Below, piece after piece: positions 25,817 through 39,629 of a stretch of DNA of 64,000 nt. Where the stretch lies: assembly GCA_038496445.1 (NCBI GenBank), contig JALMLS010000571.1, forward strand, positions 83,191-147,190, written 5' to 3'. The first letter of the stretch is position 1. Each line of letters starts with the position of its first letter. The DNA comes from Trichosphaerium sp. ATCC 40318 (taxonomy: Eukaryota > Protista > Tubulinea). The notes under the pieces are model-generated. The model saw nothing but the letters and a program-made list of their open reading frames with translations, searched no databases and had not been told where the DNA came from. The position numbers and the translations under genes were made by a program.

Positions 25817-27796
25817 TCAAATCCATTTGTAACGCTACAATACAAAGACGTACCGTGTAGACCTTTTCAAAGCCTTCGTCTTCAGTAGGCGGAGCAAGTT
25901 TCTTCCAGAATATGCGGTACGCTACCATAGGTACACGACGCGTTGCTCCATTTGTCATTTTCTGCAAAAAGAGCAATTAGTGAATGAATACACGTGCATA
26001 AAAAACAGTAGTAAACGTACAACACGGAAGTAGTTGAGGTGGGCAGATAATTCTTTAGATGTATCAAAATAGAGCGCACGTGCTGTTATGCCAGCATTTT
26101 CAGCAAGTGCCAGGTACTTAGCGCGGGTAGCCGCATCAGGATTAGTGTTGTCAATGATAACGCTCTTTCCTTCAGCCAAAGCAGCTTTTGTACTCTTAAT
26201 ACACTTTGCTGCTGTATGCAAAGTATCCTATCAAGAGACTTAAATAAACCCAATCAAAACAAGTTGGCGTACTCGGTTGATGTGTACATAACCTTTTGGG
26301 ACAAAATGTTTTTTGGCAAATCGCGATTTACCAGATGCAGCTTGACCAACTAATCACAGGACAATCAGTAAACAAACAGTCGAACAAAAACTTACCGTTA
26401 ATGATCATCTCTTGATCATCAACACTTAGAAGTTCTTCTAGATCAACTTGCTCTTCATCTACATACACGTGAGCAATCATTTGTTGTGCGTAATGCTTGT
26501 GTCAATCACTTACCTTCGTCAAACTCTTCTAAGAACGCTTTGGGATCCAGTCCACCTACTCAAAGGGTTAACTAGGTATTAATGGTAATACACTTGCCCC
26601 ATTCCCATTTGTCAGTGGGTTCTTCGCCGAAAAAGAATTCTTCTGGTGTCTGAAATTCTACACCAACATTGAATGCAAATTTCCTTTTTACAAGAATTTT
26701 TAGCAAATATTTAAGAAGGATGTGCAATCTCTAACCTGTCACCACAAGAGAAGTCCTTCTTAGAACCAGTACCATTCCATCCTTTTGCACGGCCTGCAGC
26801 ATCACCAACATACATGCACTGATCTACATCAATCTCAACGCCGTCATTGTAGTCTGACACCATTCTCTGGAATTTACTAAGGTCAATACAACTCAAACAT
26901 AGTGGTACACGCACATCCCACATGGTGGTGTTGGGTTTACGGAACGCATCTTCAGCGGCCTGAAACAAGAAGCATTAAGATACCAAGAAAAAAAGGACGA
27001 TTCTTGGCACGTACTGCGATGTAGCCTTGTATTGGGAATCCCAAGTCTCTGGCTATATCCAATATCTTTCCAGTAATATCTATACGGTATTTTAGTGAAA
27101 TTTAGGGAGCGTGTCATTTCGAGGTTTGCAATACCTGAAAGTTTTTGCCTTTTCTTCTCAATGCCTCCTTGATTTGTAAAGATAACAATTTTTACGCTAC
27201 ACGTCTTAATTTAAGGCACTGGGAAGCATTCTTGTACGTACCCTTCTTTGTTGAGTTCTTCTAATTTTGGTTTGACCGTGTCATCCAACCACTCCCAATC
27301 TCTTAAAGCAAAGTTAGTTTGCTATAGATAAGTAAACGCGTACCCTCGCGATTGAGGAAATTTAGCACCGCTTGAAGGTTTGACAAGGGTGTGATCCATG
27401 TCAAAAGCGATAATTTTGCTGTTGCCCTTTATTTTTGAAGAATCGCATACGTAGAATGTTTCGTCACCATTAACGTTTTCAATGGCTACCAGGAAATTAA
27501 CGAACTGAAAAATTTTGCTTGGAACTTTTTTAAATGGCATCAAACGTTTGTAATGTCGTTGGTGAGTGCGAAATGCGCATCAGTTTTTTTTACAGATGTT
27601 CATAAAACAAATTCACTTTGTGCACTAGCTACGTATGCGAGCGCGCGACGTACCTTGCCATTGCATCCCAAAATCACCTGATACAAGTGTTAAACGCCAA
27701 AACGAAAGGTCTGTTTAACGCACCTTTAAATGCGTCTGTCTTTGCCTTTTTATTGGCGGCGTTTGCTGCTCTCGAACTACGTTTCCTCTTAGACAT
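25817..27796 (-). CDS. PNKP: Bifunctional polynucleotide 3'-phosphatase / 5'-kinase
   Basis: IIAFDMDHTLV (HAD motif), IVIFTNQGGI, FRKPNTTMW, YVGDAAGR, DFSCGDR, P-loop VGQAASGKS, SVIIDNTNPD. Confidence 0.95.
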
Positions 27797-27895
27797 GTTG
27801 TGGCTGTTGTATTTTCTTGAAAAAAACAGCTTTGGCGGTTTAAAGTTAAGTCGTCATTGGCATGTTGATTTAAGGGAACATAGCGTTCAGGCAAG

Positions 27896-29502
27896 ATGAG
27901 CATGTTGACAACTAAGCTCAAACAGTTCACTAGTTCTCTACAGCGAGGGTACATAGCGCCTCACAGCGATTAAACAAAGAATTAACGTTGTTTGTATTAA
28001 TTCAACATAGAACAGTTACAGGCTCCTTTAATACAGCTGTACAGACTCTTGAAATATTAAGAGGTACCCAAATAGATAACCTATACCCTGACTAACAGTA
28101 CAGAGTTTATCGCTGCTGGAAAATGGGCTTCGGCTGAAGAATTGATCAATGTAATAAAGACAGACTGTAAAATCGTCACTGACGCAAAGCCATTGGAACT
28201 AGCTGTCGGTAACATGGTTAGACGCATATTACACATAATTCGTGAAGAGTACTATGAGTACAGTGACGAAGAAGCGCGTGAGCAAGAAGATGCCCCAAAC
28301 GCTGAACAAAAGTTTTCTGCAGTCAAAAGGGCTTCCTCAATGATTGACATATTGGAGAGAGATTCCAGTGCGTTAATAGTCAAATCGTTTTATGCCTGAC
28401 AAGACTGTACAGAACGTCAATCCTTCTCAAACACATACACAAACCTCAAAACAAGGATTTTAGAAGGTGTAAACGCAGAAAAAGCTGACTTAGACGATGT
28501 TTATGTTCAAATAGCCGACCAAGGTAACACAACTTTTACGCCTGCTGCAACTTTCCTAACCCCTCTACTCGCATAGCACTTGAGCACATACACTCCAAGT
28601 ACGCCACCAAAACAATGAATATTGGTAAATTGACAGCCGTGTTAGTGAAGTAATTTTGACATTTGGCAAATCAAGAACTGTTACAGAGTTCCTAAAGGCT
28701 GCTGGTAGAAAAAGAAAGTTTGAAGTGCTCGTAGCAGAGTCAGTACCTTCGTATGTCCTTTTTACATCCACTTGCCATTCACAATACACTCCTTGACTTT
28801 TTTTTAGATACTACGGACACGAACTCGCTCTTGAACTGTCAGAGTCCAACATTCAAACCACACTAGTAACAGGCACGTTCTCATTGCATTAAAGTTGCAT
28901 TTTCAAAATATTTTGACCATAACTGCTGACGCATACTCGCAGATTCGGCAGTCTTCGCCCTGATGGCACGTGTTAATAAGGTAATTGTTGGGACGCATGC
29001 AGGTACATGACACTTGCTGCTTCTACAGGTTAACGATATTTTTTTTCAGTTATGGCAAATGGAGGCCTCATTGCCCACCCAGGTACACACATGCTCGCTC
29101 AAGCTGCAAAACATCACTCCATCCCATTTGTGGTGTGCACTGGCCTTTACAAATTAAGTCCAGAATTTCCACAAAGGTAGGTCATCAATACAACACGTGC
29201 ACATGTTTGAAATAGTGGTTCTTATTGTGATTATCTAGCTACACAAAGCTAGGAACATTTAGCGAACTGAACAACCCTAACGAAATCATGGACTTTACAG
29301 AAGGTGAAGCTGTTGCTGAGGTTCGCGTATGTAATCCAGCTTGGGATTATGTCCCTCCAGAGCTCGTTAGCCTATACCTCACAAACAGGTGCCCTTGTAG
29401 CTATTTTCTTTATTAAATTTTAACAATCATTGTAGCGGTGGTCACTCGCCAACGTATATTTACAGGCTGTTGGCTGAGGTTTACTCGCCTGAAGACCTTT
29501 AA
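27896..29502 (+). CDS. EIF2B2: Translation initiation factor eIF2B beta subunit
   Basis: [69 protein letters not shown]. Confidence 0.95.
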
Positions 29503-29918
29503 AATAAAATAACATCACTCAACACATGATTTGTTAGTAACTGTACTATTCTCGACAGCAAAATCAACGTAATACGAGATGCTACACTATTGGAATTAGA
29601 AGCGTGTTACACCCACACAACGCTACACGTGCACCACAAACTAGTTGCGTGCGGTTGAATGCAATGCCCACAATATAGTCAATAAGCTCAATAACATGTT
29701 GATGAAAACGTGAATCCTCACGTGTAATGGTGATGGTCAGACCCATCCTTATGACGTTTCCAGTAAGGCTGCAGATTCACCACTGTCACGTCGAGTCTCT
29801 AGGAATTAACTTTCATGCCACAATTGCCGTGCCTAGTTATTCAAATAAGCATTTGACTTTTTTTGAAAAAAGTGTAGTGTTGTTTTTTTCTCGCAGTTAT
29901 TTTGCTTTTTCTTTGGCA

Positions 29919-30272
29919 ATGGCGAGAGCAAGAGCAGCTTCAAGGCTACCACCAGAGGTCAACAAAATCGTATACGTTAAGCGTTTGCCAGAGAAGATCA
30001 CTGCAGAAGAACTCTACGATGTATTCGGTAAATTCGGTGCTATACAACAAATAAGGCTCGGAAACAAGGCAGATACAAAGGGAACCGCTTTTGTAGTGTT
30101 TGAGGACATTTATGACGCCAAGAACGCTGTGGAACATCTCACTGGTTTTAACGTAGCTGGACGCTATATTACGTGTTTATACTACGACAGAAGCAAAATG
30201 GATACACGCATTGACATGAAGAAGAAACAAGCCGAAATTGATAGGCTCAAACAAAAATACAGCGTAGACTGA
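29919..30272 (+). CDS. SF3B6: Splicing factor 3B subunit 6 (p14), intronless CDS
   Basis: RLPPEVNKIVYVKRLP..ITAEELYDVFGKFGAIQQIRLG...KGTAFVVFEDIYDAKNA. Confidence 0.97.
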   Translation: MARARAASRLPPEVNKIVYVKRLPEKITAEELYDVFGKFGAIQQIRLGNKADTKGTAFVVFEDIYDAKNAVEHLTGFNVAGRYITCLYYDRSKMDTRIDMKKKQAEIDRLKQKYSVD

Positions 30273-30572
30273 TTTCAAAAACAAATATCTACAACTGCTT
30301 CTTTATTTTATTTTTGAAAGTTGTACTGGAGTGCCACCACCTCCTTGTTCGACCGCTTGTACATAACAATAAAACGACACTCTAAGCAACAATCATTCAA
30401 GATTCTACAAGTAATGGACAAGGCAAGTTAGAGCGCGGAAATAGGTTGATGCAATATTATGAAACACGTCATTTTAGTAAGTACAACACGAAAAAATAAT
30501 TGACATGATCTCAACTTTTTTTTTTCTTTTTTCTTTTTTTTCTTTTTGGGTTCAGCCACTAGCTCTTCACTT

Positions 30573-33500
30573 TCACTGCCACCCAAAAACAGCAGTCTTG
30601 CGGTGTGACATGCGCTGCACGATAAGCGTGAGGATGATAGCCGTGGTGATGGCGAGAATCAAGGCCTCGTGGTTAAAGTCATGACTCAGCTCGTCAAAGG
30701 CAGATGGTTGCAACTGTCTGTAAAACAAGTCAATGCCATGCGCAATAATCAGTGAAGTAGACTCGAGTTGTGTAGAGTACGACTGCAAGTGAGATAATTG
30801 GGCGATAGGCTGGTTGTACGAGATGATGCTGGTGGCCGGCAATGAGAGGTATGGCGTGTACACCATCAAACCTTCCTTTTGCTCTTCCTTCGTGATCTGG
30901 TCTGGTGGAGGACGACGAGGATCCAAGAACATGTGTGGTACAGACGCAATATCTCCAGATTGAAGGCCCATTACCAAGTACTGACCAGCCAATCCATGCT
31001 TGGTTCGCATAGAGGTCAAATGTGTGATTTTCTGCGTGAGAACGAATGAATTTTGCAGGACGATAGGCAAAGTATGCGAGAAAGACGAAAACTTGTCGCT
31101 AAGCAAGGACATCTCATCAGTACGACACGTAGTAAGAAAAATGAAAGCGTATCTAGGACGTACTTTGTGTAGTCTATTTGAGGCTCAAAGAGCTGCATCG
31201 ACAACACTTCGAACCTGTGGAGCTTTACATTCCAATACGAGAATATTGCAGTGTGTTCAAAGGTATGCACGACCAAAGGTGGACTGGCATTGCGTACAAC
31301 ACGTCGTACGAGTACCTGACCAGTAACAGAATCAAGAAGGGTGCACTCAACAACGTCAGTGCCATCAGATGCGGTATTCTTCTTGGCTATGGCCACGCCC
31401 AATAGTCCAGGGTTGATGTACTTGTACAATGCAGAACGATTGCCTAAAACAAGCGCAGGAGAGAACGGTTTGCTTGGGACTTGCGAGGCAATCACGAGTT
31501 GAGAACCCTCTGGCGCTGCCAGGTTCCACACTGGTTGAGCGGTCAAGCTACCTGCTTTACCTTGTATGTGGTATCCGACAACCTCGTCGCTGCTGCCAAT
31601 CCACACATACAGCGGTACTGATAATTCAGCAGTGCTTGGAAACATGGTTGCCTTTACGGCATCACCTTTTTGGCTAACAAGAAGCATTGCATCCAATTTG
31701 GCCAAATGGCGTGTCAACACCAACTTCCCTTCAATGTTGAGGTCTTGCTTGGACAAAGTGTCTCCGCTGTCCGACGATATTGTCCATGCGCTGTAACCCT
31801 ATAATTCTTTGTGAGAAAGGAATTACATTGATAAGATGCGTTATTATACGTACACGGCCTTGTTTTACGAGGAGGTAGCCAGTAGTACTAACTGAGTGTG
31901 CTGGTACAAGTGTGACTAATTTATTCTCGGGTTTAAACCATCTGCTCCACAAAACGGCTCCATCACGTGCGCGTAGACCGATTACTGTATTGTATTTAGT
32001 GCTCACAACACAAATTATCCTGGCAGTGTGCATAGCAGTCCTAAAGCCGGAAATGGTTACACGTCAATTTATTTTGTTCAAAATGAGAAATGCGTACTGT
32101 TTTGGTTGAGCATCGATAACACGCTCTAGAAGGGTGGCTATACGATCAGGATATAATGTACGCCAATCTATACCAGTCCATTCTTGTAGGGCAGTGAGCA
32201 TAATGCCAAATGGAGAGGGCTTGTTCGATTTTAATACAAATTCATCTTCATGTTCTGAATGCAATAACACTATTTTAGCTGTAGGATCAGATAATGCCTC
32301 ATGACGCGTCCATTTAATAGCAGCGCCCGCAATAAGGATTGCTTGGGCATCACGCATAACGACTAGAATGCGATGTCCTACAAGTGGGTGAGGTCAGGGC
32401 AATTAATGTCATAGAGACAATGAATGAACAGCGCCCGTACCTACAACGCCATCTCGCTTTGAGAAACACTTGGCGTGCACGCTATCAATTTCTGCGCTAA
32501 CATTGAGTCTGAGCGTATCCACCAAGTTGAGTTGATCTTTCTCCTGAGAATGTACAAGAAGAGCGTAATACCCGTCATCGTGAGATTCTACGGACACTAC
32601 ACAAGGAAACGACGAATCTCCTCCAACAGTAAGTCCTGAAACGGGACGAATCATTGGGCGTAGAGAACGGTCAGCGGCGTAAAAAACACCGTTATCTGTA
32701 GTGGCAAATTGACCATTATTGCCAAATGAGGTGACTGGTTGATCAAGAGGATATGCACTGTCTTTGCTGTAATCAGACGATACAAAGCGAGCTGAAGCGT
32801 CTGTAATCACGTTCAATGCGCCTTCTGAAGCCACATGGATACTCTTGATAACAGCGGACATATCAAGAGACTTTCCTTTCTGCACAATCTTGCCGTCCGC
32901 TAAAGTGTACACGGAAATGGCTGTGTTTTTAGATTGACCGCCAACAATCATCACTTTGCCCTTGGCGTTAATAAAACTACCTAGCAGTTCAGTGTGTTCA
33001 GGCCTAAGCACATGTCAAAAAACCGATTAATTTCAGATTTATGCGATTAAGGTACCCTTTGACAGTGACAATATTATTCTGTTTCTTTTTAGTGTCAATA
33101 AGCGTAACTTGAGATGGTCCCACAACTATTTGTATGTTGCCCGTAACCAAGAATCTCGATGGTGCCGTAGTGGGTTGCGGAATACTACTACGTGGCCATG
33201 ACCATTGCCTAGCATGTCAAATGAGTCAACTTCCTTTTCAAGTTTTGGCTTTTCGAATTGCCACTCCTGCCACGTACTTTTGTACACCACCTTCAACGCC
33301 AAACACCTTCAATGTTGTAGATGACTCGGAGTCAGAGACACTGACCAGATCTACGCACGTGTTAAGAAGCAGTTCAGAACATAACAAATTCAATTCGTAA
33401 GTACGTACACTTGTCCTGTAATGAGAGCGCTGTTACTTTATGCTCTTTTGGAAGTACGTGGCGCCAAACTACAGCCAGAATAAGCCTCACCTCGATATTT

Positions 33501-33795
33501 ACACGTAATCACGCGTACCTGTAGCTCCTGTCTTAAAGTTAAGCTGCGCTATTACACCCTCAGACGTAGAGACAAACAAATGTTTAGGACGCGCATTGTC
33601 AGGCGTCATAACTACTTTTTCCACTTTTCCGAACCCTTGACGCGTCCTTGTCAAGTGTAAGTGAAAGGGGAGAATAATTGTTCAATATTTTTGTTTAACA
33701 TACCAATCCTTCTGGCCAACCTCATCTCTGTACTGTACCATAGCGCTCAGGGCTGCGACGAGGCCCAACAGCAGTATTACCGAGGCTAGTCGCAT
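30573..33795 (-). CDS. EMC1: ER membrane protein complex subunit 1
   Basis: Signal peptide plus DEVGQKDW; WTRHEALS; LGNRSALYKYINP; LDPRRP; EGLMVYTP; STQLESTSLI..GIDLF; C-terminal TM. Confidence 0.93.
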
Positions 33796-33960
33796 TTCTA
33801 AATTTTATTTCAGCTTTGTGATTAGCGTCACAAAAATTGTACCACAATTATAAGTGATGACTGGCTATGTAAATAGAGAAAAAGAGGCGTCACGGCGGCA
33901 AGTCAAGCAAAATCTTGCCTGCTATTTTTTATTTTGTTTTTCCATCCCTATTTCGCAACA

Positions 33961-34689
33961 ATGGTAAAGTTGTAAGTATAATGCTGTTAACCGTATCGTG
34001 CTAACTCAGTACTTAGTTTAAAACCAGGTAAGGTAGTAATTGTAACCAGAGGCAGACACGCCGGTAGCAAAGCCGTAATTGTAAAAAACTACGAGCCAAG
34101 CGACTCTAAGCTCAATGCACCAACTTCATTGATTGTTGGACTTCAGAAATACCCAAAAAGTGTTTCTCAAAAGGTATGTTATGCCGCAATAGCATTGCGA
34201 GTATTCAAATCGCCGTATGAACGAGTCTAATTGGTCTATTCAAGATGAACTTGAAACAACTTGCTCGTCGCTCCCGACTCAAACCATACCTCAAAATGGT
34301 AAACCACCGTCACTTTATGCCAACCAGGTACAATTTAGAACTGGGAAGAAATAGTGAAAAATAACTGGCTATTGCAGGTATTCTTTTGATCTCGGCGTAC
34401 ACGAAAACACCGTTCAAAACATGGAGCGACCAGAAAAGAAAAAGGCCGTCAAACGTCACTTGAAGAAGGCCCTTAGCAAAAAGTACATGGCAGGACAAAA
34501 CAGATGGTTTTTCACCAAATTGAGGTGCGTAGGCGGAAAAGTACAAAAATTAAGGCGGAAATTTTGCAAATAACCAGGTTTCTTGCTTGTTTTCGTGGAA
34601 CCTCGTTGTTAAAGCAAGCCCGCGTTTTTATTTTGTTTTTGTTTGCAATTTGTGGACGTTATTTATTAATTTCAATGTACAGGTTCTAG
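33961..34689 (+). CDS. RPL27: 60S ribosomal protein eL27
   Basis: MVKFLKPGKVVIVTRGRHAGSKAVIV...KYP...NHRHFMPTRY...GQNRWFFTKLRF. Confidence 0.96.
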
Positions 34690-34733
34690 ATGTTGACACA
34701 GCGATTTTCTACAGAACTTAAAGTTAAGGCTTG

Positions 34734-35497
34734 TTAATAAAAGCAAAGTGTATGTAAAATTGGCAGCTCGTTATTTTGTTCAAACTCCTCAACAAGATCA
34801 TCAATGTTGTCACGCCATTCGTCATCGCAATGCATGATCTGTTGCAGACAAATTAATTTATTGCACTTGTAAAATGCTTGGTTGTCACACGTGTAAAACC
34901 AAAATAGTAACCAACTTGAGCGTACCAATTCTAAAAGTGTGTGGCAGTGCTTAGCGCCGATGGCAGCATCTGAATGGTTATCTGGCGTCTCCACGTTCAA
35001 AACATTGACTGGTTTATCTCCGTCTCCGTCGTTTCGCTTATTGAGCTCTATGTTGCGTTACGTTATGCCCAAAGTGGTAGCAGTGCAAGTGTACCGTGTA
35101 CTACAATGTCAAAAACACGTTCTTCAAAAGTAACAATGATGTCGAATTCGCTCTGCTCGTCCTGAAATCGCTCTGGTCCCTTTTTAATGGCGCTATTACG
35201 TTGTAACATTTGCAATAAGCCTTTTTCCGTGTAACTACGTCTATTTAGCATCAAATGTTAACTTACTGGCGCGTACAAGCGTTTATCAGCTGCTTGGAGC
35301 TCATCGTGCATGTGTTGGTATGATGTACCAAATGGATAGACATGAGGAGTGTTAATACTCTTCCCAGGCAATTTAATATGCGTATTAGTCCCGTAGGACT
35401 TTATTGTATTAAATCCTTTGCGGTTGAGAAGCTCGTGGGCAGCCATTGACCTATTTTGGTTTGAGGCGCATACAACCGCAATTGCCAACTCGCTCAT
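34734..35497 (-). CDS. SSU72: RNA polymerase II CTD phosphatase Ssu72
   Basis: AVVCASNQNRSMAAH, IKLPG, PERFQ, TFEERVFD, HTLCFY. Confidence 0.96.
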
Positions 35498-35626
35498 GCT
35501 GTTCTTGAAGAATGATTGTTTTGCGATTGTTGTTCAATCAAATAAAAATAAAGACCAAAAGGAAAAAAAACCAACTTTATTTTTTACAAGGAATAGTGTG
35601 CAAGTATGTATAGCTAATGAGAGTGT

Positions 35627-36967
35627 TTACCTTTTTCGAATATAGGTCGGGTGCTGTACTTTTGATAGCATGGCGCTACTTTTCAGGAGGTACGACATTT
35701 ACCATGATTTGAGACTTCATGCTCTGTATCAGTGGAAGTGTCAAGTCTAGATTTTTGGACCTATCGCAGATTTGTTAGCACTGTTGTGGTTACTATAGAG
35801 TGGGTACCAGCTATCATGCTTCCATGCCGCTGAGCGTTTTAGTTTTCTGTCTTCCATATCCTTGTAATGCCTTCAATATGAAAGTGAGTGTTTGGCGAAA
35901 AACTCGAACGGCAACGTACCAAAGGTGCCATACTGTATTTAATGGCCCAATCTCAGAGAACCTACATTCAATTAATGAGTTGAGGGGTGGCCTAAATAGT
36001 AAAGAAGCGTACCATGCTCCAACAGGTTTGGCGTACTTGCCTCGCACGCTTAGCCCTTCTTTCCAGTGTTCCTATTTGAACCGTGTTAACAATCCTCCTC
36101 CGCTTGACAATAAGGTAATGGTGTACCTGCCATATCCACACTTTACCAGGTTGTAGCGTATACGTTCTTAATTCAAAGATACCTACACATGGTCACGTGT
36201 TTGTTACCAGTCAATCACCAATTAAAACCGTTTTGTTATCAACTATTACTTCAAGGGCGTACCTCCCTCTGGGGCATCTTCTGCTGTAGGCCAGTAAGGG
36301 AATGACTGCGAAATGATATTGTGTTGCTGGCGTATTAAAGGTCTTATTTTGTTTACTAGTTTTTGCCATTCAGGGTCGCTGTCTAGCTGTTTCCTTACAT
36401 CCACTTGGTGCTTGTAGTTGTCGTATTCCCTGGCGACACATTAGGGAACCAACAGTATACCGAGTATACAGCCTCTAACGGCCCATATACATTCAGTGAG
36501 GCGTAGTAATAACCGTTGGCATAAAAAATGAAGTGGATTTGACATGTTTTGTCTCTAGCCTAACGTACGTACCATATATGAACCAATTGGTGTGGGTCGT
36601 CGCCCATCAAGTTCCTCCAAAAGCCAATACAACGGGAAACTTGCTAAAGTAGAATTACAACGCACTGAGAAGTTAACGGTTTGTACCCTTCGTTTAGGCA
36701 CTGCTTGGTTGTTTAATCTGTGCATGTATAAGGTGGAGGGGTAGTATTTAGTGCGTACTCGATGTATTCTGCCCAACGTTCAGATTTGATAGTGGAGAAG
36801 CGCATTTCATACACACGTTCATCTATTTGCTTCTCTTCCGCAGACTTCCAATCTTTTATTAGCGAGTCGCTCAAACTCAGCCAAGACGACTTGTTACGCG
36901 CAGAATTTGTAGTGCGCGGTTTTTTTACATAACAAGAGCGCGACGAGGCGCAAGTGAAGCGGAGCAT
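35627..36967 (-). CDS. NIPSNAP: NIPSNAP family protein (mitochondrial)
   Basis: Presequence MLRFTC; GIFELRTYTLQPG; PVGAW/FSEIGPLNTVWHLW; LPLIQSMKSQIM. Confidence 0.85.
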
Positions 36968-37096
36968 TGGACTTTTTGATTTTAATTGAATTTCACAACA
37001 ATGATGACTTAAAGCAAGGTACAAAATTCTGTGTCAATGCAACTCAACTCTTGTTGTTTTATTGGCTAACGTGTTTTCTCAAAACGCTACTAACAT

Positions 37097-38084
37097 TTAT
37101 TCATTTTTGTACTCTTCTTTAAGCAGGTTTCGCCTAAGCGCTCGTTATTGCGTTAACTTTGTTCATACTTACTGTTTGAGATAGTGCGCAATGTCATCTA
37201 CATCAAAGTTGTATCCCAAGTCATCGGTGATGCGCAAGAGGCTCGCTTGTAGAGTGCCGTCTTTATATACTATCATGGCAGGTAGACCTACTTTGTCGAA
37301 GGTGGCGATTGCATCCGTCGCCAGAATGGTCCCAAACTTGACTTGAATGTATCTGTTGCTAAAGTTAACGCGTGTTAAAGGCACTGCAATAACGTACTCT
37401 TGTGCTAATTCTTTGATGCATTCTTCCAATCGCATGGAAGGCCTATTGGACTAGTCCACGTCAGGAATAGGTAGTTTGACGGATTAAGACGAAGCACGCT
37501 TACCTCATCGCGTAAATGTACAATTACAAGGCCAGAAGAACCACCCTCTTATCTTGTCAGTAATGGCTACTATTTACAAGACGGATTTTACGCGCACCAT
37601 CCACAAAATCAGGAAAGGAGTTTCGTTCAGCAATTGTAAAGAGCTCACCAAATGTATCTTTTTTCTCCCTGTTGCCAACTCATGAGTATTTATGTGTCGT
37701 ACAAAAACTTGTAATTACTGTTGTTGTCTCATTTGTTTCAGTCTCATAAGCCTCAGGCGCCTCAAAACCGCCTCGTCATCCTCATCAACGTCATCTGAAG
37801 GGTCAACAGTAACCAATTGTTTTGTGATGGCGGCCATCGTCTGCTTTCGCTCTGCTTCCATGTCCCTTATCATATCCTCCTACACAAGGTCATCAACAGC
37901 AGTAAATTGTAAAAAAAGCACCTTCGCCTCTTTATAGTCCGCCAATACGCCCTTGATACCGGTGTTATGTTCTGTGACGCCATCTCTAACTGTAATGGAG
38001 TACTAGAATGTGTAAGCACTATTTATAAACATAGTAACGCAAATAGCGTACAGTAGGCTCGTTTGGCTCGTTTGTAGGTTCCAT
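37097..38084 (-). CDS. PDCL: Phosducin-like protein (PhLP1 type)
   Basis: HNTGIKGVLADY, acidic stretch then LRRLRLMRLKQM, LVIVHL, GLPAMIVYKDG. Confidence 0.82.
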
Positions 38085-38254
38085 GATCGCTGTTGTACCG
38101 AAAAAGCAACGCTACTTAAGCCACCCAACTTGCTCGTACACAAAAGTGGTCACACCGCATCAACGTCAGTATTAACGAAGGTATTTTTATTTAACGTTTT
38201 TTTTACAAAGGAAAAAAAAGTTGATTGCCCTTTTGGTAGATTTGCAGCATCAAG

Positions 38255-39389
38255 TTAAACGTGAGCAGCCAAATCTTTGAACTAAGAAAAAGAGTAAGGA
38301 TTGCAAACAAGTACGATAGTTTTGCCATACCTTGAGCTTGATGATCAACACAGCAAACTCTTCAGGATCGAGCTCTCCATTGCCATCGTCATCGGCATCT
38401 TTGAATAGCTTTTGAGCTTCTTCCTTTGAAGCACCCTTCAAGAATGTTATAAAAAACCCCATAAACCTGCAGCACGGTGCATGTAATGGAACGTACGCCA
38501 ACACCCATCCATGGAAGTTTTTCATAGAGTTCTTCAAAGTCGAGTGCGCCATCACCGCTTGTATCAGCATCCGCAAAGTGAACAATTGAGAACCTGAAGA
38601 AGACTAGTCCACCAACCAATCCAAGGTAACTTGAATAAAAGACAGGTGAGACCAACATGATAGATAGACAAACGCGTGGAAACAGTGCACGTACGTGAAT
38701 TTGCCAGTATTTTCTCTGTCGCACATGATGGCCAAGTACTTGTACGTTTGCTCATGATCAAAGTTGTATCCAAGCGCTTTCCAGGCGTCCTCTGTCTTTG
38801 CACGAGGGGCTGAATCGCTACCTCCAGAAACTGCTGCAAATGCGTTCTAAACCCTCCTTCAGTCACAAAACCAGCAATATTGAGGGCTTGAACGAGGTGG
38901 ATCACTGTTTACCCACACTCGGCAAACCCGACAATCAAAAAAAGTTACCTTTGCCTCAGTAAGCATTGCAATTGTATCCAAGTACAATGGGTATGGAAAT
39001 GGAGCGGCTGTAACGCGAATAAGAATTATAAAGTGGCCAGTCCAATTTTACCTGGGTCGGGTGTTCCAGACATGAGCGTGCGTAGGTTGTCCAATAGCTT
39101 GCCCTCAATAGGGAAACCCGCATTAGCAAGAACTTTACCAAGGTCGTTACCCTACAAAATGTTGGTTCACGAGAAATTACGATAGAGGGCACATACAGGA
39201 ATAGCACCTTCAGTTTTAAGGTCAAGTTTTTTGAATATTTCGGTTAGTTCGCCAACGCGCTCTGCAGTGAGGAGTGGTGCTATTTGGGTAAGTAATCACA
39301 TGAATTTTCGTGTTTTACCTGGTGCGTCTTGTGTTTCTGCCTAAAGACTGTGTTAGTTGTCACAAATACAAAGGTTAAACGTGTACCAT
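38255..39389 (-). CDS. Calmodulin-like multi-EF-hand Ca2+-binding protein
   Basis: FADADTSGDGALDFEE and FKDADDDGNGELDPEEF; first coding exon is ATG only. Confidence 0.8.
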
Positions 39390-39629
39390 TGTTGTTTTGG
39401 TGCTTGCAGTACTGGTTACAAAAAAGGAGTGGCTTAACGCGTAAATTAGCGCTACTTGTCAGTGTTTTGTGTAAAACAACTTTACCAAAATTGCTGGTCT
39501 TGTTTTTGTAACTTGTGGGCAAAACTAACGGACTGCACAAAGAGTAGGCACCAAACAAAGGGTTTGCTGGCCAGTGAGGGACGTTTGGATCCTGTTTTTT
39601 TCTCGTATAGCGAGACGACGCTATTTGCC

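Noticed and set aside
29727-29918. N-terminal extension of SF3B6 in the ORF track
   Set aside because: Homology starts at ATG 29919; upstream sequence is T-rich UTR- or intron-like
39387-39389. ATG-only first coding exon of the EF-hand gene
   Set aside because: A common arrangement in calmodulin-family genes; not novel
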